A stretch of 64,000 nucleotides of DNA from an uncultured Chloroflexia bacterium (lineage in GTDB: Bacteria > Chloroflexota > Limnocylindria > QHBO01). Where the stretch lies: NCBI GenBank assembly GCA_963805305.1, contig CAWDTM010000002.1, forward strand, positions 389,346-453,345, in the 5' to 3' direction. The notes beneath the pieces were generated by a model. That model did no database searches. It worked only from the letters and a program-made list of their open reading frames with translations, and was not told the origin of the DNA. Within the stretch, counting starts at the first letter, position 1. Every line of letters starts with the position of its first letter. The translations under genes were made by a program, and so were the position numbers. Of the stretch, positions 46,441 through 56,454 are shown one piece after another.

Positions 46441-48560
46441 CCCTTGACGCCTGGCTCGAACCCGATGCCGACCGCTGGGACGCTTTTGTTGCGGACGCCC
46501 CGTATCGCTCCTTCTCGCAGCTGTGGGCCTGGGGAGAGCTGCGTCGCGACGCCGGCTGGGAGCCCTTCCGCCTGGCGCTCGGCCGACGGGGGGCTGGCGA
46601 GATCCGGGCCGGGGTGCAGCTGCTCGTGCGACGCGTTCCCGGAATCGGCATCGGGCTGGGCTACGCGCCGCGCGGGCCGGTCGGCGACCTCGATGAGGAG
46701 ACCACCTGGTACGAGCTGGTGGCCGCCATGCGGCGGCTCGCGGAGCACGAGCGGGTCGCGACCCTGCGGATCGAGCCGGAAACGCCGCTCGACTCGCCGG
46801 TGGGCACGCGGCTGACTCCCGATATCTGGCGGCCCGCTCCTGCCGTGCAGCCCGCGCTGACGCGCGTCATCGACCTGTCGCGTCCCGAGGACCAGCTGCG
46901 CAGCGATCTGCGCCGCAAGCACCGCCAGTACGTGGGCAAGGCAGAACGGGCCGGGATCGTTGTCGAGCACCTGGACGCGAGCGCCTCCCCGGAGGCGGTG
47001 GCCCGCGCCCTGGGTGACTTCCACGCGATCCTGTCGCGCACGGGCGATCGAGCGGGATTCAACACCCGTCCCCTCGACTACTACGCGCATGTCTGGCAGG
47101 CCCTGGCTGGTGGCAACCGGGCTAGGCTCTTCTTCGCCATCCGGGACGACGCCCGCGTGGCGACGCTCTTTCACATTGCCTGCGGCGACCGGGTCGCTGA
47201 GCTGTACGGCGGCTCGACGCCCGAGGGGACTCGGGACCGCGCCAACTACCTGGTCAAGTGGGCGGCGATCCTCGCCCTCAAGGGCGAGGGCTTCAGCCGG
47301 TACGACCTGTGGGGCCAGCCCACCGGCGGCATCGCCCAGTTCAAGGAGGGGTTCGGTGGCGATCTCGTGGCCCTGGTCGGCGCCCGGGACCTGCCCGTGT
47401 CGCGAGCCGGCGACCTCGCGGTCCGAGCCGCCCTCGCGGCGCGAGACGGGGCCACGGCATTCCGAGACGGTCGTCGTCGCGCGCGGTCCCGGCGGCACGC
47501 GCTCCCGGACGGGTTTCGGGAGGCGTCCGAGGCCGATGCCCCCGCGTGGCAGGCACTCGTCGAGGCGGTGCCCTCGGGAGACGTCCTCCACGACTGGGCG
47601 TGGGCCGATGTCGCCGCCTTCGACGGTGAGCCGCAGCGACGATTCGTGCTCGAAGAGGAGGGTGCGGTCGTGGCCGTCTGCGCGGCGCAGGCGCGGCGCA
47701 CGAGCTTGGGCCGTCCCTTCTGGTACGTGCCCCATGGTCCGGTGCTCGACTACGACCACCCCGGCGCTGCGGATCGGCTTGGTCTGCTGGTCCGTGGCCT
47801 GCACGCGGCGGCGGCCAGGGAGGGGGCCATCGCGGTTCGCATCGAGCCCCGGGTGGAACGCGACAGCGCGGCGGCGGCGCTGCTCGATGCGTGCGGGCTC
47901 CGCAGGGTGGACGCCACCCTGCAGACGCCCGATACCCGGCTCGTCCCGCTGCTGTCCGACGACGACGCCCTTCTCGCCACCTTCGACAAGGACACGCGCT
48001 ACGCCATCCGCCGCTCCGCGCGCGAAGGCGTGGAGACCAGCGTCTGCGGTGATCCGGAGGACGACGAGGCGCTCCGCGACCTGCATGGCATCGTGACCGA
48101 GACGCTGGAACGGGCGCAGTATCGCCTGCCGAGCGTGGACCGCTACCGGGTCGCCTGGCGGGGCCTCGCCGGCTCGGGCCGCGCGCGGATCATCCGTGCC
48201 CGGCACCACGGGGCGCTGGAGTCAGCGTCATTGCTCGTGGTGGAGGGTGATCGCTCGATCTATCTGTACTCAGGCTCGATCCGCGAGAAGAAGGGCGAGA
48301 CGAGGCGATTCGCTTCCTACGCGGCGCAGTGGCGCATGATGCAGACGGCCCGCGAGATGGGTGCCCGCGTCCACGACCTGTGGGGCGTGGCGCCCGGCGA
48401 CGCCGGTCCGGATCATCCGTGGTACGGGTACAGCCTGTTCAAGAAGGGCTTCGACGGTCGGTTCGTCTCGTGGGCGGGCTCGTGGGACCTCGTCGTCGAC
48501 CCGGCCCTCTATCGGCTCCGGCGCAGCGTCTCCCATCTGCGCGGGCTGATCCGCCGCTGA
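46437..48560 (+). CDS. Tandem FemAB-family (peptidoglycan interpeptide-bridge aminoacyl/peptidyl-transferase) fusion protein
   Basis: Two consecutive modules of about 350 aa. Each begins DxWDAFV/WAxAD-like and contains FemAB-type motifs (…LYGGS…, …YDLWG…). ATG at 46437 overlaps the murE stop. Confidence 0.65.
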   Translation: MTLDAWLEPDADRWDAFVADAPYRSFSQLWAWGELRRDAGWEPFRLALGRRGAGEIRAGVQLLVRRVPGIGIGLGYAPRGPVGDLDEETTWYELVAAMRRLAEHERVATLRIEPETPLDSPVGTRLTPDIWRPAPAVQPALTRVIDLSRPEDQLRSDLRRKHRQYVGKAERAGIVVEHLDASASPEAVARALGDFHAILSRTGDRAGFNTRPLDYYAHVWQALAGGNRARLFFAIRDDARVATLFHIACGDRVAELYGGSTPEGTRDRANYLVKWAAILALKGEGFSRYDLWGQPTGGIAQFKEGFGGDLVALVGARDLPVSRAGDLAVRAALAARDGATAFRDGRRRARSRRHALPDGFREASEADAPAWQALVEAVPSGDVLHDWAWADVAAFDGEPQRRFVLEEEGAVVAVCAAQARRTSLGRPFWYVPHGPVLDYDHPGAADRLGLLVRGLHAAAAREGAIAVRIEPRVERDSAAAALLDACGLRRVDATLQTPDTRLVPLLSDDDALLATFDKDTRYAIRRSAREGVETSVCGDPEDDEALRDLHGIVTETLERAQYRLPSVDRYRVAWRGLAGSGRARIIRARHHGALESASLLVVEGDRSIYLYSGSIREKKGETRRFASYAAQWRMMQTAREMGARVHDLWGVAPGDAGPDHPWYGYSLFKKGFDGRFVSWAGSWDLVVDPALYRLRRSVSHLRGLIRR

Positions 48561-48636
48561 CGGCCCCGCGAGCGGGACGCCGCGGCAGGGCGCGGGCGGG
48601 GGAGCCGAGGGTCCTCCGTGCTACCATCGGCCGTCC

Positions 48637-50850
48637 ATGGACCTCGCACGCCTGCGTGCGGCGCCCGCGGCCGTGGTCCACCGCCTGGCGCGTGCCTCGG
48701 AGAGCGGGCCCCCAACGCACATCATCGACGATGTGGTCGCAGAGGCGCGACTGCACAGGCCGAGCATCAACGTCGGCCTGATCGAACGCGCCCATGACGT
48801 GGCGGTCACCGCCCACGAGGGACAGTTCCGCGCCTCCGGCGATCCGTATGTGTCCCATCCCATCGAGGTCGCCCATTACCTGGCCGGCCTGCAGATGGAC
48901 GCGGAGACCCTCGCCGCCGCGCTGCTCCACGACGTCCCAGAGGACACCGACATGACGCTTCTCGACATCGAGAAGCGGTTCGGGCGGGAGGTCACCCGCC
49001 TGGTGGACGGGGTGACCAAGCTGTCCAAGTTCGGGTCCGCGCGCTCCATGGAGGAGCAGCAGGCGGAGAACATCCGGAAGATGTTCATGGCCATGGCCGA
49101 GGACGTGCGGGTCGTGGTCATCAAACTCGCCGACCGCCTCCACAACATGCGGACGCTGCAGTTCCTGCCCGAGGACAAGCAGCTCCGCATCGCGCGCCAG
49201 ACCATGGAGATCTACGCCCCCCTGGCCCATCGCCTGGGGATGTGGCAGATCAAGTGGGAGCTCGAGGACCTCAGCTTCAAGTACACGGAGCCGGAGGTCT
49301 ACCGCAAGCTCGCGGACCTGCTCACCGACCGCCGCCGGGCGCGCGAGTCGTTCATCAACAAGAGCATCGGCATCCTGCGCAAGGAGCTGGGCAAGGTGGG
49401 GATCGAGGCGGAGATCTCCGGGAGGCCCAAGCACCTGTACAGCATCTACAAGAAGATGGAGCGCAAGGGAGCCGAGTTCAGCGAGATCTACGACCTGCAC
49501 GCCATCCGGCTGCTGGTCCACGACGTGAAGGACTGCTACGCGGCGCTGGGGGTGGTCCACTCGATGTGGCGACCGATTCCCGGCCAGTTCGACGACTACA
49601 TCGCGGTCCCCAAGGCGAACATGTACCAGAGCCTGCACACCGCGGTCATCGGTCCGGATGCCAAGCCGCTCGAGGTTCAGATCCGCACCTATCACATGCA
49701 CGAGGTCGCGGAGGCCGGGATCGCCGCGCACTGGCGCTACAAGGAGGGCTCGCGAGGCGACCGTCGCTACGACGAGAAGCTGGCCTGGGTCCGGCAGCTC
49801 ATCGAGTGGCAGCGCGAGGTCTCGGACGCGACCGAGTTCGTCGAGGGGCTCAAGCTCGACCTGTTCCAGGACCAGGTCTTCGTCTTCACCCCCAAGGGCG
49901 ACGTCAAGGACCTCCCGGCCGGAGCGGGGCCGCTCGACTTCGCGTACCGGATCCATACCGATGTCGGCCACCGGACGATCGGGGCCAAGGTCAACAACCG
50001 ACTCGTGCCGCTCGACTACAAGCTGCGCAACGGCGACATCGTCGAGATCATCACGACCAAGGCGGCGCACGGGCCGTCCCGGGACTGGCTGAACATCGTC
50101 CGCACCAACCAGGCGCGCGAGAAGATCCGCCAATGGTTCAAGCGCCAGCAGCGTGACGAGAACATCACGCAGGGCAAGGAGATCCTCGACCGCGAGCTGC
50201 GGCGCCTGGCGCACGAGACGCTCGGCTCGGTCGACGGGGACAAGCTGACCGAGATCGCCGGCCAGCTCCATTACCGCGAGCTCGACGACTTCTACGCCGC
50301 CATCGGCTACGGGGCCGTCTCGCCGGCCTCCGTCGTCAGCAAGCTCGAGGTCCACGACGACGTGGCGATCGCCCTCCCGGAGGTCGCGCCACCTGCGGCC
50401 CCGTCCACGAGCGGCGTCAAGGTCAAGGGCGTGGGGGACCTGCTGGTCCGCTTCGCCAAGTGCTGCTCGCCCATCCCGGGCGACCCCATCGCGGGCTACG
50501 TGACTCGTGGCAAGGGGGTCACGATCCACCGGGCCACCTGCCCGTCGGTTCTCTCGGAGCGCGACATCGAGCGGCTGATCGACGTGGAGTGGGAGCAGGT
50601 GGGCCAGCAGACCTATCCCATCACGGTGCGGATCGAGGCGATGGACCGGCAGGGGCTCCTCAACGAGATCACGAACGTCGTCGCGGAGAACAAGGTGAAC
50701 ATCGTGGCCGCCAGCATCGGGGTCCATCCCGACGGGATGGCGACCATCACCGCCACGCTCAAGGTGATCAGCCTCCAGCAGCTCTCGCGCGTGCTGTCCC
50801 GGATCGAGCGGGTGAAGGACGTGACGAGCGTCACCCGCGAGGTGAGCTGA
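48637..50850 (+). CDS. rel: Bifunctional (p)ppGpp synthetase/hydrolase (RelA/SpoT family)
   Basis: HD hydrolase domain (HPIEVAHYL…LHDVPEDT). Synthetase domain (RPKHLYSIYKKM…YQSLHT). TGS and C-terminal ACT domains. 737 aa. Confidence 0.95.
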   Translation: MDLARLRAAPAAVVHRLARASESGPPTHIIDDVVAEARLHRPSINVGLIERAHDVAVTAHEGQFRASGDPYVSHPIEVAHYLAGLQMDAETLAAALLHDVPEDTDMTLLDIEKRFGREVTRLVDGVTKLSKFGSARSMEEQQAENIRKMFMAMAEDVRVVVIKLADRLHNMRTLQFLPEDKQLRIARQTMEIYAPLAHRLGMWQIKWELEDLSFKYTEPEVYRKLADLLTDRRRARESFINKSIGILRKELGKVGIEAEISGRPKHLYSIYKKMERKGAEFSEIYDLHAIRLLVHDVKDCYAALGVVHSMWRPIPGQFDDYIAVPKANMYQSLHTAVIGPDAKPLEVQIRTYHMHEVAEAGIAAHWRYKEGSRGDRRYDEKLAWVRQLIEWQREVSDATEFVEGLKLDLFQDQVFVFTPKGDVKDLPAGAGPLDFAYRIHTDVGHRTIGAKVNNRLVPLDYKLRNGDIVEIITTKAAHGPSRDWLNIVRTNQAREKIRQWFKRQQRDENITQGKEILDRELRRLAHETLGSVDGDKLTEIAGQLHYRELDDFYAAIGYGAVSPASVVSKLEVHDDVAIALPEVAPPAAPSTSGVKVKGVGDLLVRFAKCCSPIPGDPIAGYVTRGKGVTIHRATCPSVLSERDIERLIDVEWEQVGQQTYPITVRIEAMDRQGLLNEITNVVAENKVNIVAASIGVHPDGMATITATLKVISLQQLSRVLSRIERVKDVTSVTREVS

Positions 50851-50977
50851 CCGGCGCGTCGCGAGCCGACGGCCAGCGGTGCGTTCTTCGTTCCCTGCGC
50901 GGGATCCGGTCTTCCGGGCAGTTCGCGCCCATGCCGTCTGCGGCAGTGCACCGCCGGACCACTGGTTGCAGCCGCGT

Positions 50978-52210
50978 TCAAGTGGCGAGGCTGCGTCCCG
51001 TGGGCCGCGGCGCCAGCCATGACGCCCGCAGTATGGCGAGCCAGCCGATGGCTGACAGCATGAGGACGATACCGATGCACCAGACTGCCGCCGATGAGGT
51101 GAGCGCACCCGCGACGGGTGGTGGCAGTGAAAAGGGCGTGATCAACAGCAGGGCGTACACGAGGGATATGGCAAATGCCGCGCTGAAGACGAGGTAGGCC
51201 GCGAGCGCCTTTCCCGACGTAACGGCGAGGGGCGCGAGGGTGGCCAATGCCGGGAAGAGATAGCGCTCGTGGGATCTGGTGGGCAGGAAGTACACGGCGA
51301 ATACGATGAGCGTGCCAGATGCGAGCAGGGCAGCGAGGTCGGAGCGGCGCCACAGCGGAACGACCGCCGCGACGAGGCCCACCAACAGAAGCGCCAGACC
51401 CCACGGTGCATACCCCTGCTCGAACGTGTCAAACCCCAGCAGAAGGCCCCACGGGTTCATTGCATACAGCGATGCAAAGGGCCAAGCGTTCACGACGTCG
51501 CGAAGCTGCTGCCAGTACCGAAGTGGGTCGAGCATCAATGGTGCCGCGAGGAAGATGTAGGTCGCGAGTGCGCCCACCACAGCTCGCAGCGGCGGTCCCC
51601 AGCGTGCGTCGCGCCGCCCACAGAGCCCTGCCACGAGCAGTACCGGAAGCAGTACCAGACCAAACTGCGGCTTGAGCATACCGGCGACGGCACCGAGCAC
51701 CCCGGCCAAACCGTGTCGCCGCGCCGCGGACGCGGCGAGGGCCCCCACGAACGCGAGTGTGCCGATGGTATCGACCTGCCCCCAAACCGGTCCCGCGAGC
51801 AGCGCGGCGGGGTTGAAGAGATAGAGCGCGGCCGCTCCGAACGCCGCTCGAGGCGAAGCGATCCGCTGTGCGATCAGGGCTATCAGCACCGCGAGGGCAA
51901 GGTCGAACGGGATCGACAGCCCCTTGATCAGCAGGTCGAGGGGCTGGTCACGGAAGATGGCACCGAGCGGCCACAAGATGTAGAGAAGGGCTGGGTAGAC
52001 CGAAAGGATGCCGTCGTATACGTGGCCTGGCCCGACGTCGGCTATGCGGCTCGCCCAACCGGCCATGATGCCGGTATCGCCGTTATGGCCGGGTACCAGG
52101 ACGGCCCCAGCGTGTACCAGTAATCCCGCCAGCAGCAGTGCGCCAAACCAGGCAACGCGCAGAGCCAGCTCGGGCGCACCGATGCGCGGCTCATCTGCCT
52201 CCACCCCCAT
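50978..52210 (-). CDS. Polytopic membrane protein, possible GT-C-fold glycosyltransferase (DUF2029/GT87-like)
   Basis: About 10 predicted TM helices. Sensible hydrophobic composition only downstream of ATG at 52210 (MGVEADEP…). The upstream part of the 772-aa ORF is antisense to hisS and is an artefact. Confidence 0.4.
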   Translation of the reverse strand: MGVEADEPRIGAPELALRVAWFGALLLAGLLVHAGAVLVPGHNGDTGIMAGWASRIADVGPGHVYDGILSVYPALLYILWPLGAIFRDQPLDLLIKGLSIPFDLALAVLIALIAQRIASPRAAFGAAALYLFNPAALLAGPVWGQVDTIGTLAFVGALAASAARRHGLAGVLGAVAGMLKPQFGLVLLPVLLVAGLCGRRDARWGPPLRAVVGALATYIFLAAPLMLDPLRYWQQLRDVVNAWPFASLYAMNPWGLLLGFDTFEQGYAPWGLALLLVGLVAAVVPLWRRSDLAALLASGTLIVFAVYFLPTRSHERYLFPALATLAPLAVTSGKALAAYLVFSAAFAISLVYALLLITPFSLPPPVAGALTSSAAVWCIGIVLMLSAIGWLAILRASWLAPRPTGRSLAT

Positions 52211-52273
52211 TCGCCAAGTATGGCGCGCGGACGCAGTGCAAGATGCCGGTCCGCGCGTCGGTACACTGCGCGC

Positions 52274-53539
52274 ATGGCTCGACCCATCACCGCTCCGCGC
52301 GGCACCCGTGACCTGCTGCCCGAGGAGGCGCGACGCTGGAGCGCTGCGGAGGCGCACGCCGTTGCGCTCGCCGAACGGTATGGGTTCGAGCGGATCGACA
52401 CGCCGCTCTTCGAGCGGGTCGAGCTCTTCGCGCGCGGCCTGGGCGAGTCGTCCGACGCCGTCGAGAAGGAGATGTTCCGGGTCTCCGGGGCAAAGGGCAG
52501 CGACGAGGAGCGCGCGGAGTGGGCGCTGCGCCCGGAACCCACCGCCGGGATCGTGCGGGCCTATGTGGAGCACGGGATGCAGGTGCGGCCCGGCCCGCTG
52601 CGGCTCTGGATGCTGGGGCCTATGTTCCGCTACGACCGGCCGCAGGCCGGTCGCTATCGCCAGTTCGTCCAGTGGGACGTCGAGGTGATCGGTGATCCGG
52701 GACCGATGGTCGACGCCGAGCTCGTGGAGCTCGCGCATCGGTACTTCGCCGCCGTGGGCCTGCGGGACGTCGTCGCGCACGTCAACTCGATCGGCGACAC
52801 GACGTGCCGTCCACGCTTCCGTGAGGCGCTCATCGACTACCTCGGGCGTCACGAGTCTCGCCTGGGCGAGGACTCGCGCCGACGCCTGCGCGTGAACCCC
52901 CTGCGGGTGCTGGATGACAAGATGCTCGATCCGGAGATTGCCGCCGGCGCGCCGCGTTCGATCGACCACCTCTGCGACGACTGCCGGGAGCACTTCGCTC
53001 GGGTGACCGGGCTGCTGGACGGCATGGGCCTGCGCTACGTGCTCGACCACCGCCTGGTCCGCGGACTCGACTACTACACGCGCACCACGTTCGAATTCTT
53101 CATCGCCGGACGCGAGGGGCAGCAGCAGGCCCTCGGCGGGGGCGGGCGCTACGACGGTCTGGTCGAGCACCTGGGAGGTCGCGACACGCCCGGCATCGGC
53201 TTCGGCCTCGGGATCGATCGCACGGTCCTCGCCGCCGAAGAGCAGGACCTGCCGGCACCCGCCGGTGCCCGGCTGGTCGCGGTGCTCAGCCCGCACGCCG
53301 ACGACCAGGCGGTTCGGCTCCGGGTGGCGGCGGCCCTGCGCGACGCCGGCATCCCGGTCCGCACCGACGGATCCGCGCGCAAGCTGGGCCGGCAGCTCGA
53401 GACCGCGGCCAAGGTGGGTGCCCGCTGGGCGGTGATCGTGCAGGGTTCGGCCGCTGACCTGTTGGTGGTCCGTGACCTCGCCTCCGGTGAGCAGCGGGAG
53501 CTGGCGCTTTCCGAGGTGGCAGGGGCGGTTCGCGGCTGA
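52274..53539 (+). CDS. hisS: Histidine--tRNA ligase
   Basis: MARPITAPRGTRDLLPEE start. Class II motifs (FRYDRPQAGRYRQF; GGGRYDGL). C-terminal anticodon-binding domain. Confidence 0.95.
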   Translation: MARPITAPRGTRDLLPEEARRWSAAEAHAVALAERYGFERIDTPLFERVELFARGLGESSDAVEKEMFRVSGAKGSDEERAEWALRPEPTAGIVRAYVEHGMQVRPGPLRLWMLGPMFRYDRPQAGRYRQFVQWDVEVIGDPGPMVDAELVELAHRYFAAVGLRDVVAHVNSIGDTTCRPRFREALIDYLGRHESRLGEDSRRRLRVNPLRVLDDKMLDPEIAAGAPRSIDHLCDDCREHFARVTGLLDGMGLRYVLDHRLVRGLDYYTRTTFEFFIAGREGQQQALGGGGRYDGLVEHLGGRDTPGIGFGLGIDRTVLAAEEQDLPAPAGARLVAVLSPHADDQAVRLRVAAALRDAGIPVRTDGSARKLGRQLETAAKVGARWAVIVQGSAADLLVVRDLASGEQRELALSEVAGAVRG

Positions 53540-53597
53540 GCCGGTCGTCCGCCGCGGGCCTCACAGCCAGACCGGCGTTCCGCTACCATCGGCCTCC

Positions 53598-55391
53598 ATG
53601 CCGGCCCGACAGTCCTACCGCACCCACACCTGCGGCGATCTCCGCGCGGAGCACGTCGGCGAGCGCGTGACCCTGGCCGGCTGGGTGCACCGCCGGCGCG
53701 ATCACGGGCATCTCACCTTCTTTGACCTGCGGGACCGCTACGGGATCACCCAGGTCGTCACCAACGCCGACGACGCGGCGGGTGCCCACCAGGCCGGGGC
53801 CGAGGCGCGCAACGAGTGGGTGATCGCTGTCACCGGGGTCGTGCGCCTCCGGCCGGAGGGGACGGCCAACGCGGACCTCGCCACCGGGGAGATCGAGCTG
53901 GCGGTGGACGAGCTCACGGTCCTGAATGCCTCGAAGGTGCCGCCCTTCTACGTCAACGAGGAGCAGCCGGGGCTCGACGAGACGATCCGCCTCACGTACC
54001 GCTACGTCGACCTGCGGCGTCCGCCGATGCGGGAGCGAATCATGCTGCGGGCGCGGCTGGCGAGCGCGGTGCGCCGAACCTTCGAGGGGATGTCGTTCGT
54101 CGAGATCGAGACCCCGAACCTGATCCGCAGCACGCCGGAGGGCGCGCGCGACTACGTGGTGCCGTCGCGGATGCAGCCTGGCAGCTTCTATGCCCTGCCG
54201 CAGAGTCCGCAGGTGCTCAAGCAGCTGCTCATGGTGGCTGGCTACGACCGCTACTTCCAGATGGCGCGCGCCTTCCGCGACGAGGACCTGCGCGGCGACC
54301 GTCAGCCGGAGCACACCCAGATCGACGTGGAGATGAGCTTCGTCCGCGCGGAGGACGTGATGGCCACCATCGAGGAGATGGTCACCACGGTGACGCGTGA
54401 GGTGATTCCGGAGCGGCCCATCCTGTCAACCCCGTTTCCGCGCCTGACCTACGAGGAGGCGCTGGACCGGTACGGGTCGGACAAGCCCGACATTCGCTTC
54501 GGGATGGAGCTGCGCGACCTGACCGATCTCGTTCGCGACGTGGACTTCCGGGTCTTCGCGGAGCCCGTCGCCGCCGGGGGCCGCGTGCGGGGCCTCGTGG
54601 CTCGCGGGTGCGCGGGCTACTCGCGCAAGCAGATCGATGAGCTGACCGACCTCGCCCGGCGCCATGGCGCCGGCGGGCTCGTCCACCTGTCCGTCAACGC
54701 CGATGGCACCCTGCAGGGGCCGGCGGCGAAGTTCCTCGACGCGGCGCACCAGGCCACCCTGCGAGCCTCGACCGGTGCGGCTGCCGGCGACCTGGTCCTC
54801 GTTGTTGCCGACGCCGATCCCCATCGATCGGCCGACGTTCTCGGCCGCATGCGGCTGGAGCTCGGGGACCGCCTGGGCCTCCGCGACGAGAACGTGCTCG
54901 CCTACGTCTGGGTCTACCCATTCCCCATGTTCACCTGGGACGAGGAGAACGATCGCTGGGACGCGACCCACAACCCGTTCAGCGCGCCCCTGTGGGAGGA
55001 GGAGGCGCGGATGGAGTCCGATCCCGGCTCCGTCCACGCCCAGCAGTACGACCTTGCCCTCAACGGATGGGAGCTGGGCGGGGGAAGCGTCCGGATTCAC
55101 CGCCGCGACCTCCTGGAGCGGGCGTTCAGGCTCATGGGCCACACGATCGAGGGAATGCGGGACCAGTTCGGGGCGCTGCTCGACGCCCTCGAGTACGGGG
55201 CGCCGCCGCACGGCGGCATCGCCATCGGCCTCGACCGGTGGACCGCCCTCCTGGCCCGCCAGACGAACATCCGGGAGGTGATGGCCTTCCCCAAGACGCA
55301 GTCGGGGAGCGACCTGATGATGGGTGCGCCCTCGCCAATCAGCGAGCGGCAGCTCGACGAGCTCCATCTCGAGATCAGATCGGACGACTGA
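53598..55391 (+). CDS. aspS: Aspartate--tRNA ligase
   Basis: N-terminal OB fold (RTHTCGDLRAEHVGERVTLAGWVHRRRDHGHLTFFDLRD). Class II motifs FRDEDLR and GGGSVRIHRRD…HGGIAIGLDR. Confidence 0.95.
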   Translation: MPARQSYRTHTCGDLRAEHVGERVTLAGWVHRRRDHGHLTFFDLRDRYGITQVVTNADDAAGAHQAGAEARNEWVIAVTGVVRLRPEGTANADLATGEIELAVDELTVLNASKVPPFYVNEEQPGLDETIRLTYRYVDLRRPPMRERIMLRARLASAVRRTFEGMSFVEIETPNLIRSTPEGARDYVVPSRMQPGSFYALPQSPQVLKQLLMVAGYDRYFQMARAFRDEDLRGDRQPEHTQIDVEMSFVRAEDVMATIEEMVTTVTREVIPERPILSTPFPRLTYEEALDRYGSDKPDIRFGMELRDLTDLVRDVDFRVFAEPVAAGGRVRGLVARGCAGYSRKQIDELTDLARRHGAGGLVHLSVNADGTLQGPAAKFLDAAHQATLRASTGAAAGDLVLVVADADPHRSADVLGRMRLELGDRLGLRDENVLAYVWVYPFPMFTWDEENDRWDATHNPFSAPLWEEEARMESDPGSVHAQQYDLALNGWELGGGSVRIHRRDLLERAFRLMGHTIEGMRDQFGALLDALEYGAPPHGGIAIGLDRWTALLARQTNIREVMAFPKTQSGSDLMMGAPSPISERQLDELHLEIRSDD

Positions 55392-55393
55392 GC

Positions 55394-55415
55394 CGTCCGG
55401 CCCGGGCCGGACGGA
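55394..55415 (+). terminator. Perfect GC palindrome immediately after aspS (possible terminator)
   Basis: CCGTCCGGCCC/GGGCCGGACGG, an 11+11 nt perfect inverted repeat, 3 nt after the stop. Confidence 0.3.
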
Positions 55416-55522
55416 CGTCCCGTCGGGCACAAGCGCCCGTACCGCAGGCGGCGGGGGTGTGCGATCCTGAGCGGGCCACGACCGGCCTGCCGCCGGCGCG
55501 AGACGCTCCGCAGAGGTGGGAG

Positions 55523-56269
55523 ATGCTTGTTCGAGACGTGATGACGGCGCCGGTCCTGTCGGTCACGCCCGCGACGCCGCTCAAGGAGGTCGCCCGACTC
55601 CTCGTCGACCGTCGGATCAGCGGCGTGCCGGTTGCGGACGAAGCCGGCAAGGTGCTCGGCATCGTCAGCGAGGCTGACTTCCTCCTCAAGGAGCGGGGAG
55701 CCCCGGACCGCCGTGCGCGGAGGCACGCGCTGGCCTGGCTGTTCGGCGATGAGCGAGGGGACATTGAGCAGGCGAAGATCAGCGCCACCACGGCGGGGGA
55801 GGCCATGACCCGGCCCGCGGTGACGATCTGCGCGGATTGCAGCCTTCGCGAGGCTGCCGGGCTGATGGTGGAGAAGCACATCAATCGTCTCCCGGTCGTG
55901 GACGATGATCGGCTGGTGGGGATCGTCACCCGCGCGGACCTGGTGGGGGCCTTCGTACGACCGGACGACGAGCTCGCGGCGATCGTCGCCGACGAGGTCG
56001 CGCGCGACACGATGTGGCTCGAGCCCGGCGAAGTGACGGTGGCGGTCGCGGAGGGCGTGGTCACGCTGGGCGGCACGGTCGACCGACGCTCGACGGCGCA
56101 GATCCTCGCCAAGCTCACCTCGCAGGTCGACGGCGTCGTCCGCGTGGAAGCCGATGATCTCCACTGGGACCTCGACGATCGGCACATGGAGGCGGCACCG
56201 GGGCGCGATGTGCCGGAGACCACGGCTGCCTCCCTGCGGGCCCGCGAACGGCCTCGCACCACGGGCTGA
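55523..56269 (+). CDS. CBS-domain pair plus BON-domain protein
   Basis: Two CBS motifs (VMTAPVLSVTP…GVPVADEAGKVLGIVSEADFL; AMTRPAVTICAD…LPVVDDDRLVGIVTRADL). C-terminal BON-like segment (VAVAEGVVTLGGTV…). ATG at 55523. Confidence 0.75.
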   Translation: MLVRDVMTAPVLSVTPATPLKEVARLLVDRRISGVPVADEAGKVLGIVSEADFLLKERGAPDRRARRHALAWLFGDERGDIEQAKISATTAGEAMTRPAVTICADCSLREAAGLMVEKHINRLPVVDDDRLVGIVTRADLVGAFVRPDDELAAIVADEVARDTMWLEPGEVTVAVAEGVVTLGGTVDRRSTAQILAKLTSQVDGVVRVEADDLHWDLDDRHMEAAPGRDVPETTAASLRARERPRTTG

Positions 56270-56454
56270 CGACGCGACCGTCGCGGGACCGATCGGCGCG
56301 GTGACTCGGCGCACCACCCGCGCGGGAATTCGTTGCCGGGCGTACCGCGTCCGTGCTATCCATGCCGCACGCACGCCGCGACGTTTCGTGTGAGAAGGCA
56401 TCCGAGCGCCTTCGTTCCGCATGACGGCGCGCTCACCGCACGGAAGGAAGGGCT

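Noticed and set aside
39731-51108. Very long minus-strand ORFs (39731..41938, 44446..46431, 45990..48209, 48439..51108) opposite topA, murE, femAB and rel
   Set aside because: Each lies opposite a confidently identified + strand gene and has artefactual composition. No independent evidence of coding.
52211-53296. N-terminal 360 aa of the 772-aa minus ORF 50978..53296
   Set aside because: This portion is antisense to hisS and is compositionally artefactual. Only the segment downstream of the ATG at 52210 looks like a membrane protein.
54992-55522. N-terminal extensions of ORF-track entries (for example 54992..55522 before the CBS-BON gene; 59867..60076 before iscS; 53472..53597 before aspS; 26026..26202 before the LOG gene)
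   Set aside because: R/P/G-rich, non-protein-like sequence before the conserved N-termini. Each has an in-frame ATG matching the known family start.
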